A stretch of 63,772 bases of DNA, filler included, from Octopus bimaculoides (Eukaryota): NCBI RefSeq assembly GCF_001194135.2. It is 5 parts of 5 records of this genome, joined end to end, with 100 filler letters (N's around TTAATTAATTAA, not from the genome) between each part and the next. Parts side by side here need not be neighbours in the genome. Positions count along the whole stretch, not along the records: positions 1 to 30,346 come from NC_068984.1; positions 30,447 to 41,681 come from NC_069007.1; 3 more parts are not named here. One strand, given 5' to 3'. A model generated the notes under the pieces. It saw only the letters and a program-made list of their open reading frames with translations, did no database searches and was not told the origin of the DNA. This document shows, piece after piece, positions 25,213 through 37,955 of the stretch (positions within the stretch are counted from its first letter, which is position 1; each line of letters starts with the position of its first letter). Position numbers and translations under genes: made by a program.

Positions 25213-28200
25213 NNNNNNNNNNNNNNNNNNNNNNNNNNNNNNNNNNNNNNNNNNNNNNNNNNNNNNNNNNNNNNNNNNNNNNNNNNNNNNNNNNNNNNNN
25301 NNNNNNNNNNNNNNNNNNNNNNNNNNNNNNNNNNNNNNNNNNNNNNNNNNNNNNNNNNNNNNNNNNNNNNNNNNNNNNNNNNNNNNNNNNNNNNNNNNNN
25401 NNNNNNNNNNNNNNNNNNNNNNNNNNNNNNNNNNNNNNNNNNNNNNNNNNNNNNNNNNNNNNNNNNNNNNNNNNNNNNNNNNNNNNNNNNNNNNNNNNNN
25501 NNNNNNNNNNNNNNNNNNNNNNNNNNNNNNNNNNNNNNNNNNNNNNNNNNNNNNNNNNNNNNNNNNNNNNNNNNNNNNNNNNNNNNNNNNNNNNNNNNNN
25601 NNNNNNNNNNNNNNNNNNNNNNNNNNNNNNNNNNNNNNNNNNNNNNNNNNNNNNNNNNNNNNNNNNNNNNNNNNNNNNNNNNNNNNNNNNNNNNNNNNNN
25701 NNNNNNNNNNNNNNNNNNNNNNNNNNNNNNNNNNNNNNNNNNNNNNNNNNNNNNNNNNNNNNNNNNNNNNNNNNNNNNNNNNNNNNNNNNNNNNNNNNNN
25801 NNNNNNNNNNNNNNNNNNNNNNNNNNNNNNNNNNNNNNNNNNNNNNNNNNNNNNNNNNNNNNNNNNNNNNNNNNNNNNNNNNNNNNNNNNNNNNNNNNNN
25901 NNNNNNNNNNNNNNNNNNNNNNNNNNNNNNNNNNNNNNNNNNNNNNNNNNNNNNNATATATATATATATATATATATAATTTATATAGAATTTGTATGCA
26001 TGATTAGTCTTAAGAATCATTTCCAAATACCCCGCCGCCACCTCCATAACTGAAAAAAATGAATGAGCCTAGTGTTGATATGTGTGTTACTGAAACATGG
26101 TCGTGTTTTTTGTATACGCCTGCAAGAATACATGCATACATATATACATACATGCATAATACATACATACATACATGCATACATGTATATATATATATAT
26201 ATACATACATACATGCATACGTGTGTATGTGTGTATGTATACAAAATTCTATTTAGGTGAGAGAAATGGGTGAGAAATCCGGGTAAGTAAATGTGCGCGT
26301 GTGTGTGTTAATCTCAGCTGCTGCCGTCTGGTTGCGTATCGTAGGAAAATGAAGGAAAATAACAGTAATGTAAGAGTGGGAAGGGAGGAGGAGGAGAGGA
26401 AGTAGGAAGTGAGAGAGAGAGAGAGGGACAGAGAAGGGGAGGTAAAGAAAAAGAAAGTGAGTGAGAGGGAAAAAGACAGAAGGAAGATAGTAAGACGTTA
26501 TATGTGAGGGTAAGTGAGAGACGGAGAGAATGTAAGAGCGGGAAGTAGAACAAGAGGGAAAGGAAGATTGAGTGTTATAGATAGAGTTACGTAAGTGAGA
26601 GAGAGAGAGAGAGAGAGAATAATAAGCGAGAGGAAAAGAAAGGCTTTGAAGAAGAAAGTGATAGAAAACCCGAATAAGTAAGTAATACCTGTGTTTGTGT
26701 TGAGTGTGCATAGACACACACATACACACACACAACACACACACGTGTTAGAGAGAGAGAGAGACAGACAGAGACAGAGAGGGGGGAGAGAGTTGTAGAA
26801 AGAAGAAAGATTGGATACGTTTCTTTGAACATGACTATAGATCTGTCTGCTTGATCAGGTCGGATCTGGGAATTTGTTGATGTTATGAATTATAATGTTG
26901 CTTGTGGTAATAATGGTGATATTGGTGGTGGTGGTGGTGGTGGNNNNNNNNNNNNNNNNNNNNNNNNNNNNNNNNNNNNNNNNNNNNNNNNNNNNNNNNN
27001 NNNNNNNNNNNNNNNNNNNNNNNNNNNNNNNNNNNNNNNNNNNNNNNNNNNNNNNNNNNNNNNNNNNNNNNNNNNNNNNNNNNNNNNNNNNNNNNNNNNN
27101 NNNNNNNNNNNNNNNNNNNNNNNNNNNNNNNNNNNNNNNNNNNNNNNNNNNNNNNNNNNNNNNNNNNNNNNNNNNNNNNNNNNNNNNNNNNNNNNNNNNN
27201 NNNNNNNNNNNNNNNNNNNNNNNNNNNNNNNNNNNNNNNNNNNNNNNNNNNNNNNNNNNNNNNNNNNNNNNNNNNNNNNNNNNNNNNNNNNNNNNNNNNN
27301 NNNNNNNNNNNNNNNNNNNNNNNNNNNNNNNNNNNNNNNNNNNNNNNNNNNNNNNNNNNNNNNNNNNCATGAGGAAAGGTTGTGCGAGTGAATGATGTCG
27401 TGTACCAATACCGAAAGATTTCCCAGTTTTTTTCTTCGAGGGAACTTGGAAGAAAATTTGTTGTTTTTCTCATCACGTTCTGAGTTGAAATTCCGCCGAG
27501 GTCGACTTTGCCTTTCATCCTTTTGGGGTCGATAAATTAAGTACCAGTTGCGTACTGGTTCGATCTAATCGACTGGCCCCTTCCCCCAAAATTTCGGGCC
27601 TTGTGCCTAGAGTAGAAAAGAATATTTATACTTAAACCATGGGAATCGATGTAACTACGACCAATCAGTGTTTTCAGTAATGCATTTGGGGAATATTTGG
27701 GGAATATTCAGCCGAGGTCAACTTTGTCTTTCATTCTTTCGGGGTCGATACATTAAGTACCAGTTGCATACTGGTCAATCTAATCAACTGGCCCCCACCT
27801 CCACCAAAATTTCGAGCCTTGTGCCAATAGTAGAAAAGAATATCTTTCAATTTCTTCGGTATCCGCTCTGTTTTCAAATAGTATTGCAAAGTCTATGATC
27901 TTACACTGTTTCTTTTCTCCTCTATAATCACATCTGGTCTTCTTGCTTCATTAGTATGTTAAGTTTTCATGAGGAAATCCCATAAAATGCTGTAAACCAA
28001 TTCCTTATCACAGCCTCTGGTTCGTGTTCATACCACTTCTCTGCTACTTTGAATCTACACTGTCGGCTAACGTCTCAATGCACTTTTCTTCCGATTCAGT
28101 CATGCCTGCGTTTACACTCTTTTCACGTTAGTTCACTGCATTCACTCAAAACATGGCTAATACTTTCGTTTCATCTCCTGTAGATTCTGTTGGTCTGTAG

Positions 28201-28229
28201 GAAGGTGCTATGCTGAGGAAGTTCATGGG

Positions 28230-29115
28230 AGTTCAGAAGCTGGTAATATTGATGCAATTAAATGTTCCTCTTGAAAAGTTCTACATTGACGGGTGTAGAT
28301 AAAACATGCGAAAATTCCAAAGAGGAGATGGTTGGACACAGAAAGGATGACGGATAGGGCACAGAGTTAGTGCGTGTTCTAGTGGTGAAGAAGTAATCCA
28401 GGTGATAAGAGGATGAATGAATCGGGAGTACATGAGAGGAGATGGCATGAGATTGACTAGATCCGAAGAAAAGTTATTATAGTATCGACTGAAGAGGTCA
28501 GAGCAGAGACAGTAGCACTGGCCAGAGGCTGTGATACGTCTGAGTGATTATGTCAGTCAGCTGAGTGGATGCTGTCTCAGAAGAAGTCAGTGTGAACTGC
28601 TGTAGTAACAACATCGTTCCAGGTGAGGTAATAACTGAAGTTTTGTAGTCGGTAATTCGTTGTTGGAGTTAAAGAATCCTTTGGTTCTGGAGAGAAAAAT
28701 CAGGCTTAGTGAAGCAGTCTTTGAGTTTGTGGGTTGGTTGGGAGTTATCTTCAATGATGGTGCTAACGATTGGAGAAACTTTAGAATGTTCTGGTGACGT
28801 GCTACTCAGGTTTAGAAAAGGGAGTATGACAGCGGTGTGATTGTACCACAAGTTTGGTATGATGACATCGAAGACTGATTTCCTGGTGTTTGTGATTGGA
28901 AATAGCGCAAGTTTGATGTGAGGTTTTCTGGATTGTATGAAAACTGATGCTTGAGTGGGGAAGGTTTTGTGAGGAACCGAGGACAGAGTAATTTGTGTAG
29001 AGGAGTGGGGGTTGTTGTTGGCGGCGAGGAGTTGGCAGAAGACAAAACCGAACCTTCAAGTGCAGTCTGTAATGGTACGGTCTGATAAGAAACCATCAAT
29101 CCAAGAGACAGAGGG
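28230..29115 (-). mobile_element. Decayed CR1/L2-clade LINE, 3' half of ORF2
   Basis: SWIDGFLSDRT, GSVLS and the 3' motif RT...SSFL..TI......V.....N..LFK, with multiple stops and frameshifts. Confidence 0.65.
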
Positions 29116-29640
29116 AGAGAGGGACTGAGAGAGAGGGAGAGGAAAGAAGAAGGCTTTGGTCGGCCCGAGGCTATAGTGGAAGACTCTTGCCCAAGGTGCC
29201 ACGCAGTGGGATGGGAATGAACCCGGAACCATGTGGTTGGTAAGCAAGCTACTTACCACACAGCCAATATATATATATAGCGTTCAATACATACACACTT
29301 CACGTCTGGCTGTACAGCCTTTTTGTTTGTTTATTTCACCGTTTCGTTTTCCTGTCTTGTTTTCCGTCCGCCACTACCCTCCACGAAAACAATTTAATTT
29401 GTGTTCGTGGGAAGAACCATTTTAACGATGCGTACTGCCTTAATTCTTCGAAACGCCGGAGTTTTAATGGTGGCAGCTGATGAAGGGGATGTTTCTATGT
29501 GGCCTGCTTGTTTGTTGCACCTTGTTTACCATTTTGTCCATGTTCTTTTGCCACGTCATGTACCCAGTTATGTATTTATATGTACATGTGGATGAACGTA
29601 TATACATACACGTACATATATATGCATATACTCATATATT

Positions 29641-29675
<35 letters not shown>

Positions 29676-30219
29676 TGTGTATACATACACATATATGTAT
29701 GTATGTATGGATGGATGGATGGATGTTGAGCGCGGGAGAGAGACACACGTAGCTACATCTATTCCTGTACACACTTGTATACACTGTTATATATTGCAAC
29801 AGAAAGGCTAAAGTGCTATACACCACATTAACACACTTACAAACACGTGCGTGTGCGCACCTATATATTACACATACACACACAAACACACACACTTACA
29901 ATATATATATATATATATAGATAGATAGATATGTATGTATATAAATATGAATGTGTGTAGATAGTTATGTGCGTGTGTGTATGTGAAAATATAGACGTGT
30001 TGGTACAAGAAAGAGATGTGGGTGGGTGCTGGAGACAAAGGAACAAAGAGACTGACAGACAGTCACACAGACAAGCAGGCAGCCCAGGAGACAGGCAGGC
30101 AGGAAGACATTGAGGCGGCAGCGACAATGAGACATGCATTAGAAACGCACACACGCACACGCACACACACGCACACACATCACTATGTATACATATGTAT
30201 GTATATAAGTAAAAGAAAA

Positions 30220-30259
<40 letters not shown>

Positions 30260-30346
30260 TTTTCTTTTACTTTTTTTCAGTCATTTAAATGCGGCAATGC
30301 TGGAGCACCGCCTTAAAGGGTTTTAGTCGGAGAAATCGACCCCATG

Positions 30347-30446
30347 NNNNNNNNNNNNNNNNNNNNNNNNNNNNNNNNNNNNNNNNNNNNTTAATTAATT
30401 AANNNNNNNNNNNNNNNNNNNNNNNNNNNNNNNNNNNNNNNNNNNN
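30347..30446. other. Artificial 100-bp contig spacer N44-TTAATTAATTAA-N44
   Basis: Identical geometry at 41682-41781, 52437-52536 and 57774-57873; the 12-mer places stop codons in all six frames. Confidence 0.95.
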
Positions 30447-30486
<40 letters not shown>

Positions 30487-30869
30487 TGTGTATATGTATA
30501 GGTACAAAATTCACAATACAGAGTGTCCTAATATCACACCAACCAGGTAATGGCCCTGATTTCCAGCACAGAGTCTTGACCAAGTCAATGCAATGTGTAA
30601 TACTTACATACATACATTATATATATATATATATGTGTGTGTGTGTTTATTATAATAGGCTATTATCTTTAAATAGTCTTATAGTTTTTGTGTTATTGTG
30701 TCTCTCTCTTTCTCTCTGTCTCATGTTTGTGTGCGTGAGTGAATTTCTTAGAAAGCAGTCTTTGAATTCATTCGATTGTTACGCAAGAGTTTTAACACAA
30801 CCACGCAAGCAATATTACATCTGCTATCCTTCAGGCAATATGGTAAGAGACGGCAGCCAGTCTTTCTAG

Positions 30870-31185
30870 AGTCACTTCCTGCAACATGTTTGCCGATTTT
30901 AATCAATAAACAAGACAAAACAACAAAAAGAAATTCCATGCCTCTCTGACTATTTGTCTGGAAATTCAAAGACTGACCGACTGACTGACATACCCTCCAA
31001 TATTCATGGAACATAGATGATAGAGCCAAACCAAACTCTTGTAGAACATAGAAGTGTAGACTTTGCTTATCAGAGAAGTTCAATATTCTGAAGTATTCTG
31101 TGATAACTTTTAAACAGAGATCAGAAAACCTGTCCAATTGCCACCACCAGCAGAAATTTCTCTTGGAAAATTTCCCCAATTCCTC
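30870..31185 (+). mobile_element. Decayed C-terminal GIY-YIG endonuclease of a Penelope-like element
   Basis: Across frameshifts: (L)SDY(V)WK(F)KD, AKPNS..KCRLCLSEKFNILK, LLN.RSE.LS.CHHQQKFLLEN. Confidence 0.65.
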
Positions 31186-31890
31186 AATGTCTGATCTTCG
31201 CATTTCATAGAAACCAGCTCTATCTTTTATCTTCAATCTTTTACTCATTTCAGTAATTGGACCGCCGCCATCCAGGGACACTGCCTTGAAGTGTTTAGTT
31301 GAACAAATCAGCCACAGTAGTTTTTTTTTTTTTTTAAAGTCCGGTACTCACTTTATCAGTTTCTTTTGTCAAACCGCTAAGTTACAGGGACATAAGCCAA
31401 TACCAGTTGACAAGGTGGAGGAGGAAGGAAGAACAAACAAGCACAAAGACACACAGACACACACATATATACATATGACAAGCTTTCACACAATTTGTAT
31501 CTACAAAACTCACCCACAAGGTAATTGGTTGACCTGGGGCAATAAAAGATGCTCACGCAAGGTGACGCACATTGGGACTGAACCTAAAACCACAGAGCTG
31601 CAAAGTAAGCCACTTATCCATACAACCACCTCTAAAACAGTATTTAAAAAAATAAAATCAATAAATAAAAAGTGAATCGGATTGAGTTTGTCAAAAATCA
31701 GTCATGCAGAGTAGCTGCTCTTGACAACAACAACAACAACAACAACCTTGAGTTGCCTCCCGCTATAATATAATAGTGGTTCAAGAACTAGGACACAACA
31801 AAATACAGGTTTAGTCACATGACCGGCCTTAACCAATGGACCATACAATGCACTATAACATTTTTCACTATCTTCAGCAATATTATCTAA

Positions 31891-32390
31891 CAGTGTTTCT
31901 CAACTGAGGCCCATAAAAAATTTGTGGGGAATCCACACAATAAAATAGTAAATTGTTATTAGTAGTAAATAATTAGGGATCTACAAAGGGTCTCCAGAAA
32001 AAACTTTCGTTCAAGATGTATGTATTTGTGTGTATTGCAAGAAACAGCTAGGTTTCTTTCTTTAGCATTTTACATAGTTCTACCTACACAGAGTTCATGT
32101 GTGAAAAACAAAATAGGGATTTTGAAAGAAGTATCTGTGAAACTAGTTTTTAAACACCAAATGGCTATAGGGGTCTACCAGAACAATACAGTAATCAAAG
32201 GGGACCATAGATAAAAAATGGTTGAGAGCCCCTGCTTTAGAGTGTGGTTCTTTTTCAGATATAACAAAATAGGAATTTTGAAAGACGTTTCTGTAAAACT
32301 AGTTTTTAAACACCAAATGGCTATAGGGGGTCCACCAGAGTAAAGTAGTAATCAAGGAGGTCTTTAGATAAAAATCTAGTTGAGTACTCT
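31891..32390. mobile_element. hAT (Charlie-like) MITE with duplicated 3' portion
   Basis: CAGTGTTTCTCAAC...GTTGAGAGCCCCTG (32234), then a second degenerate 3' end (about 32260-32390). Candidate TSD ttatctaa/taatctaa; another 3' half at about 15090-15236. Confidence 0.65.
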
Positions 32391-32540
32391 TAATCTAACA
32401 GATCACAGCTATACTGTCTTGCAGGAGTATCAGTTTGAAACTCTGAGTAATATTGGAGTGAATTCTATATTCCATATATTAAATACAGTCTTTTGCTGTT
32501 TGTATTCCTCAAGGAATAACTGTGTGTGTGTAAATATATA

Positions 32541-32576
<36 letters not shown>

Positions 32577-32626
32577 TGCATATATATATACATGTGTATG
32601 TGTGTGTGTGTATTTGTATTTGTGAA

Positions 32627-32930
32627 GGCACAAGGCCCGGTGATTAGATTGTTGCACACATGATTTTGTGATTGTGGTTTCAATCCCCAGATCGGCAGTG
32701 TGTTGTGTTCTTGAACCAAACACTTTTAATTTAGCATTGCTCCAGTCCACTCAGCCGTAAATGGGTGCACCCCCTGTGATGGACAGGCATTTTGTTCAAG
32801 GGGGAATGTTGGCCTGCCTGCCTGCCTGCCCAGCCAGCAGAGTGGCATCATTTGAAAAGCTACAAGGAAACACACTGTGACCAGCAATGTATAACAAGAT
32901 CTGATCGTCTGGTCGCTATAGTGAAGTGTG
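32627..32930 (+). mobile_element. tRNA-derived SINE family E
   Basis: Head ...gtggtttcaatccc...gttgtgttcttgaac...ttgctccagtccactcagc. Related pieces at 1-141 (-), 4910-5040 (-), 10955-11075 and 40010-40110. Confidence 0.7.
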
Positions 32931-33353
32931 TCTGTGTGTGTGTGTGTGTGTGTGTTCAGATTTCTATGTTAATTGGTGTGGAGACAGTGGTGGTGAGAAT
33001 GGCTAGCAGAGAGAGAAAATATTAAAAACAGAGATGGTGGACCACAGCACCCATCACAATAATAATAATCATTATTAATTTTTGGCACAAGGCCAGGAAT
33101 TTTAAGGAGAGGGAGCAAATCAATTACATTAACCCCAGTACTTATAAATATATATACATATATAGACACACACCACATATCTATCTATCTATATATAAGT
33201 TGACTGGTACTTTATTTTATCAACCCCAAAATGGTGAAAGGATAAGTTTACCTTGGAGGGATTTCAACTTAGAATGTAAAAAGCTGTAATGAATGTTGAG
33301 CAACTTTCTCCAATGCAGTAATGATGATGATGATGATGATGATGATAATAATA

Positions 33354-33384
<31 letters not shown>

Positions 33385-33615
33385 TGATATTAATGATAAT
33401 AATAATCCTTTCTACTATAGGCACAAGACCCGAAATTTGTGGGGGAGGGGACTAGTCGATTACATCGACCCCAGTGTTTCACTGGTACTTAATTTATCAA
33501 CCCCAAATGGATGAAAGGCAAAGTCGACCTCAGCAGAACTTGAACTCAGAATATAGAGGGAAGCAAAATACTGCTAAGCATTTCGCCTGGCTAACGATTC
33601 TGCCAGCTCACCACC

Positions 33616-33660
<45 letters not shown>

Positions 33661-34611
33661 GGTTTTTTTTTGTTGTTGTTTTGTTCTATTTCTATACTGA
33701 CACAACATCCTCTCGGATTTTTTTAATAGATATTACTGTACTGGCTTTATCGACCCTGGAGGNNNNNNNNNNNNNNNNNNNNNNNNNNNNNNNNNNNNNN
33801 NNNNNNNNNNNNNNNNNNNNNNNNNNNNNNNNNNNNNNNNNNNNNNNNNNNNNNNNNNNNNNNNNNNNNNNNNNNNNNNNNNNNNNNNNNNNNNNNNNNN
33901 NNNNNNNNNNNNNNNNNNNNNNNNNNNNNNNNNNNNNNNNNNNNNNNNNNNNNNNNNNNNNNNNNNNNNNNNNNNNNNNNNNNNNNNNNNNNNNNNNNNN
34001 NNNNNNNNNNNNNNNNNNNNNNNNNNNNNNNNNNNNNNNNNNNNNNNNNNNNNNNNNNNNNNNNNNNNNNNNNNNNNNNNNNNNNNNNNNNNNNNNNNNN
34101 NNNNNNNNNNNNNNNNNNNNNNNNNNNNNNNNNNNNNNNNNNNNNNNNNNNNNNNNNNNNNNNNNNNNNNNNNNNNNNNNNNNNNNNNNNNNNNNNNNNN
34201 NNNNNNNNNNNNNNNNNNNNNNNNNNNNNNNNNNNNNNNNNNNNNNNNNNNNNNNNNNNNNNNNNNNNNNNNNNNNNNNNNNNNNNNNNNNNNNNNNNNN
34301 NNNNNNNNNNNNNNNNNNNNNNNNNNNNNNNNNNNNNNNNNNNNNNNNNNNNNNNNNNNNNNNNNNNNNNNNNNNNNNNNNNNNNNNNNNNNNNNNNNNN
34401 NNNNNNNNNNNNNNNNNNNNNNNNNNNNNNNNNNNNNNNNNNNNNNNNNNNNNNNNNNNNNNNNNNNNNNNNNNNNNNNNNNNNNNNNNNNNNNNNNNNN
34501 NNNNNNNNNNNNNNNNNNNNNNNNNNNNNNNNNNNNNNNNNNNNNNNNNNNNNNNNNNNNNTTTGATTCGGGGGGGGAAATGTGACTATGTGACTGTAGC
34601 AGGGAGTGGTG

Positions 34612-34888
34612 TCACACAGGTGGTGCCTGCTTCATGCCAGGGAAGCTCGGACTGTCCATGGGTCCGAGAATGTGGTCGGTGGATTCGGACATGTCCGAGT
34701 TCTCGGAATCTGTCGCGCCCATGTCTCGAGTGTCCCTCACCGGTGTAAAGCTGTACATAGGAGCAGGTTTCCCACTTTGCAAAGGGCTGAGCGGGCTCAG
34801 CGATGATATACTCAAACTTCGCGGTGGTTGTATACAGGGTTCGGGGCTGCAGCACTCATCCATACTGCTGTTGGAAGACATTGTAAGG
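34612..34888 (-). CDS. FAM122A: Terminal coding exon of FAM122-like gene: LTMSSNSSMDECCSPEP...GMKQAPPV*
   Basis: Acceptor tctttctgtcttttgcag, GC-rich Ser/Pro-rich open frame ending TGA at 34614-34612. Phase 2 entry matches the upstream exons. Confidence 0.75.
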
Positions 34889-34913
34889 CTGCAAAAGACA
34901 GAAAGAGAATAAC

Positions 34914-34948
<35 letters not shown>

Positions 34949-35000
34949 GCTTATATTCTAAAAGAAAAGCAGACCTCAGTCTGTTCATCACATCATCTAT

Positions 35001-35390
35001 GTTGTTGTTGTTGTTGGCACTCCGTCGCTTACGACGTCGAGGGTTCCAGTTGATCCAATCAACAGAACAGCTTGCTCGTGAAATTAACATGCAAGTGGCC
35101 GAGCACTCCACAGACACGTGTACCCTTAACGTAGTTCTCGGGGAGATTCAGCGTGACAGACAGAGTGACAGAGCTGGCCCTTTGAATTACAGGTACAACA
35201 GAAACAGGAAGAAAGAGTGAGAGAAAGTTGTGGTGAAAGAGTACAGCAGGGTTCGCCACCATCCCCTGCCGGAACCTCATGGAGCTTTAGGTGTTTTCGC
35301 TCAATAAACACTCACAACACCCGGTCTGGGAATCGAAACCGCGATCCTATGACCGCGAGTCCACTGCCCTAACCACTGGGCCATTGCGCC
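35001..35390 (-). mobile_element. Full-length tRNA-derived SINE family C with (CAA)n tail
   Basis: Head GGCGCAATGGCCCAGTGGTTAGG...GGTTTCGATTCCC. Copies at about 2285-2445, 46919-47250, 51365-51712 and 52200-52405. Confidence 0.85.
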
Positions 35391-35406
35391 TCCTATCTTC
35401 ACTTAC

Positions 35407-35424
35407 ACTGGTGCTTTCACAAAT
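35407..35424 (-). CDS. Putative 18-nt micro-exon (L)FVKAP(V) of the FAM122-like gene
   Basis: Acceptor tctctttctag, perfect donor GT|GTAAGT, phase 2 to 2, frame-preserving. Confidence 0.45.
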
Positions 35425-35581
35425 CTAGAAAGAGACTGCAGAAATAACAAAAGCATTTGTCTCCCGTTTTTGAACTTTTTTGAACCCTCGTCATCCTAAG
35501 CGACGGAGTGCCAACAACAACAAATGAAGATAAGAGTAAAGATGGGCACGGAAAGCAGTGTATATAGATAAATATACTCAC

Positions 35582-35687
35582 AATTTAGGGTGTGTTGCTG
35601 TGATATTGCGGACTGGAGATGTTCCAGTGTTGAGTCTTTTCGGTGGGGTTAAGTAGCAATCAAATTTTTCACCGTCTCCACTTTCAG
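35582..35687 (-). CDS. FAM122A: FAM122/PABIR-like exon: (x)ESGDGEKFDCYLTPPKRLNTGTSPVRNITATHPK(L)
   Basis: Acceptor tttgttatttcag, donor TT|GTGAGT, 106 nt, only phase 1 to 2 is open. PPKRL resembles FAM122 'QPKR'. Confidence 0.7.
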
Positions 35688-35804
35688 CTGAAATAACAAA
35701 CATACAGATATGAAGACAGATAAACACACAATCATTTACTAAATAGAAAGATACATTATATATATATTCTTCTATTTGTTTCAGTCATCTTGACTGCCGC
35801 CATG

Positions 35805-36241
35805 TATTTCTAATACATTTCTAAATCTCTCAACAGTAGTATTATTCCCTTCAGGGGACTGTCACATTAAGTTGACAGCATACAACTACTTCATTGTATC
35901 ACTACTGCATAAATCTCTCTGAGAGATTTAGAAATGTGTTATTTCTAAATTTGAAATCAGTGAATGTATTTCACTAGAATTATTTAGATGTTTACACAAG
36001 CTTGACAGGCATCTTCGACTAACAGGTCATGCTACTCCAGACTGATGACGAGCAAAGACTCAGAAACAGGTCTCTGGATACAGGTTTAGCTGAGTGGAGG
36101 TGCTTGTTTCCCCCTTGTAAACATAAGGACACAGGAAATGTGTCAAGGCCGACAGGAAGTGGTGCAGCTTCCTAGGTCTAAACAACAGTAGTATTATTCA
36201 TTTTATGGGACTGTCACATTAAGTTAACAGCATACAACTAC
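35805..36241 (+). mobile_element. Penelope-like pLTR or retrozyme-like unit with direct repeats around a hammerhead
   Basis: aacagtagtattattc...gggactgtcacattaagtt(g/a)acagcatacaacta occurs at about 35832-35888 and 36184-36240. The segment 'ctctctgagagatttagaaatg' is shared with about 55300-55400 and loosely with 8200-8256. Confidence 0.55.
36036..36078 (+). ncRNA. Minimal type-I hammerhead ribozyme motif
   Basis: TCCAGA-CTGATGA-C-GAG-caaaga-CTC-A-GAAA-CAG-GTC-TCTGGA. Perfect 6-bp stem I, GUC triplet. Confidence 0.75.
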
Positions 36242-36343
36242 AGAATAAGTAGGCTTACAAAAAATAAGTCCAGGAGCCGATTCGTTCAACTAAAGTCGGT
36301 ACTCCAGCATGGCCGCAGTCAAATAACTGAAACAAATAAAAGA

Positions 36344-36382
<39 letters not shown>

Positions 36383-37808
36383 TATAAAAATATACATATA
36401 TATACATATAAATATAAAATCATCATCATCATCGTTTGATGATGATTTATATTTATATGTATATATATGTATATNNNNNNNNNNNNNNNNNNNNNNNNNN
36501 NNNNNNNNNNNNNNNNNNNNNNNNNNNNNNNNNNNNNNNNNNNNNNNNNNNNNNNNNNNNNNNNNNNNNNNNNNNNNNNNNNNNNNNNNNNNNNNNNNNN
36601 NNNNNNNNNNNNNNNNNNNNNNNNNNNNNNNNNNNNNNNNNNNNNNNNNNNNNNNNNNNNNNNNNNNNNNNNNNNNNNNNNNNNNNNNNNNNNNNNNNNN
36701 NNNNNNNNNNNNNNNNNNNNNNNNNNNNNNNNNNNNNNNNNNNNNNNNNNNNNNNNNNNNNNNNNNNNNNNNNNNNNNNNNNNNNNNNNNNNNNNNNNNN
36801 NNNNNNNNNNNNNNNNNNNNNNNNNNNNNNNNNNNNNNNNNNNNNNNNNNNNNNNNNNNNNNNNNNNNNNNNNNNNNNNNNNNNNNNNNNNNNNNNNNNN
36901 NNNNNNNNNNNNNNNNNNNNNNNNNNNNNNNNNNNNNNNNNNNNNNNNNNNNNNNNNNNNNNNNNNNNNNNNNNNNNNNNNNNNNNNNNNNNNNNNNNNN
37001 NNNNNNNNNNNNNNNNNNNNNNNNNNNNNNNNNNNNNNNNNNNNNNNNNNNNNNNNNNNNNNNNNNNNNNNNNNNNNNNNNNNNNNNNNNNNNNNNNNNN
37101 NNNNNNNNNNNNNNNNNNNNNNNNNNNNNNNNNNNNNNNNNNNNNNNNNNNNNNNNNNNNNNNNNNNNNNNNNNNNNNNNNNNNNNNNNNNNNNNNNNNN
37201 NNNNNNNNNNNNNNNNNNNNNNNNNNNNNNNNNNNNNNNNNNNNNNNNNNNNNNNNNNNNNNNNNNNNNNNNNNNNNNNNNNNNNNNNNNNNNNNNNNNN
37301 NNNNNNNNNNNNNGTTCAGTCCCACTGCGTGGCACCTTGGGCAAGTGTCTCAGGCCGCCCAAAGCCTTGTGAGTGGATTTGGTAGACGGAAACTGAAAGA
37401 AGCCCGTCGTATATATATATATATATGTGTGTGTGTGTGGGTGTGTGTGTCTGTGTTTGTCCCCCCAGGATCGCTTGACAACCGATGCTGGTGTGTTTAC
37501 GTCATGTGAAGTAATAGTATATTACTCTGCCTTTGGTATTTGAGTACTATTTTTTCCATCTTGTTTTGCATCTATGCACATACTTCTGTGTGTGTGTGTG
37601 TGTGTATACATACATACATACATATATCCACACACATACATCTGACAGAGAGCTCTTATACATATAGAAACATGTACACATGCATGTGTGTGAAATATAC
37701 ACTCATATCCACTGTATTTTTTTTAAATGACAAGGTCTCCATGATCGGGGCTGACAGAAAGCTTAACAATAACGAATTTAAATAACGAATTTAAACCTCA
37801 TTACTCAC

Positions 37809-37900
37809 CTCATCAATGTTTTTGTGTTCGGACTGTGCGTAGGACTTGACAAAAACGCAACATTTTTCACAGGAACTTGCATAGACGGAGAAAAACATTG
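37809..37900 (-). CDS. FAM122A: FAM122/PABIR-like exon: QCFSPSMQVPVKNVAFLSSPTHSPNTKTLM(R/S)
   Basis: Acceptor ctctcttctctcaacag, donor GAG|GTGAGT, 92 nt, phase 0 to 2. Carries the family QCFSPS motif. Confidence 0.85.
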
Positions 37901-37919
37901 CTGTTGAGAGAAGAGAGAA

Positions 37920-37955
<36 letters not shown>

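Noticed and set aside
30748-31281. 177-aa minus-strand ORF
   Set aside because: It is the antisense of a decayed GIY-YIG remnant plus a SINE end; no coding motifs of its own.
35320-35390. tRNA-like sequences at SINE heads
   Set aside because: A and B boxes are present, but they continue into SINE bodies without an acceptor stem; not tRNA genes.
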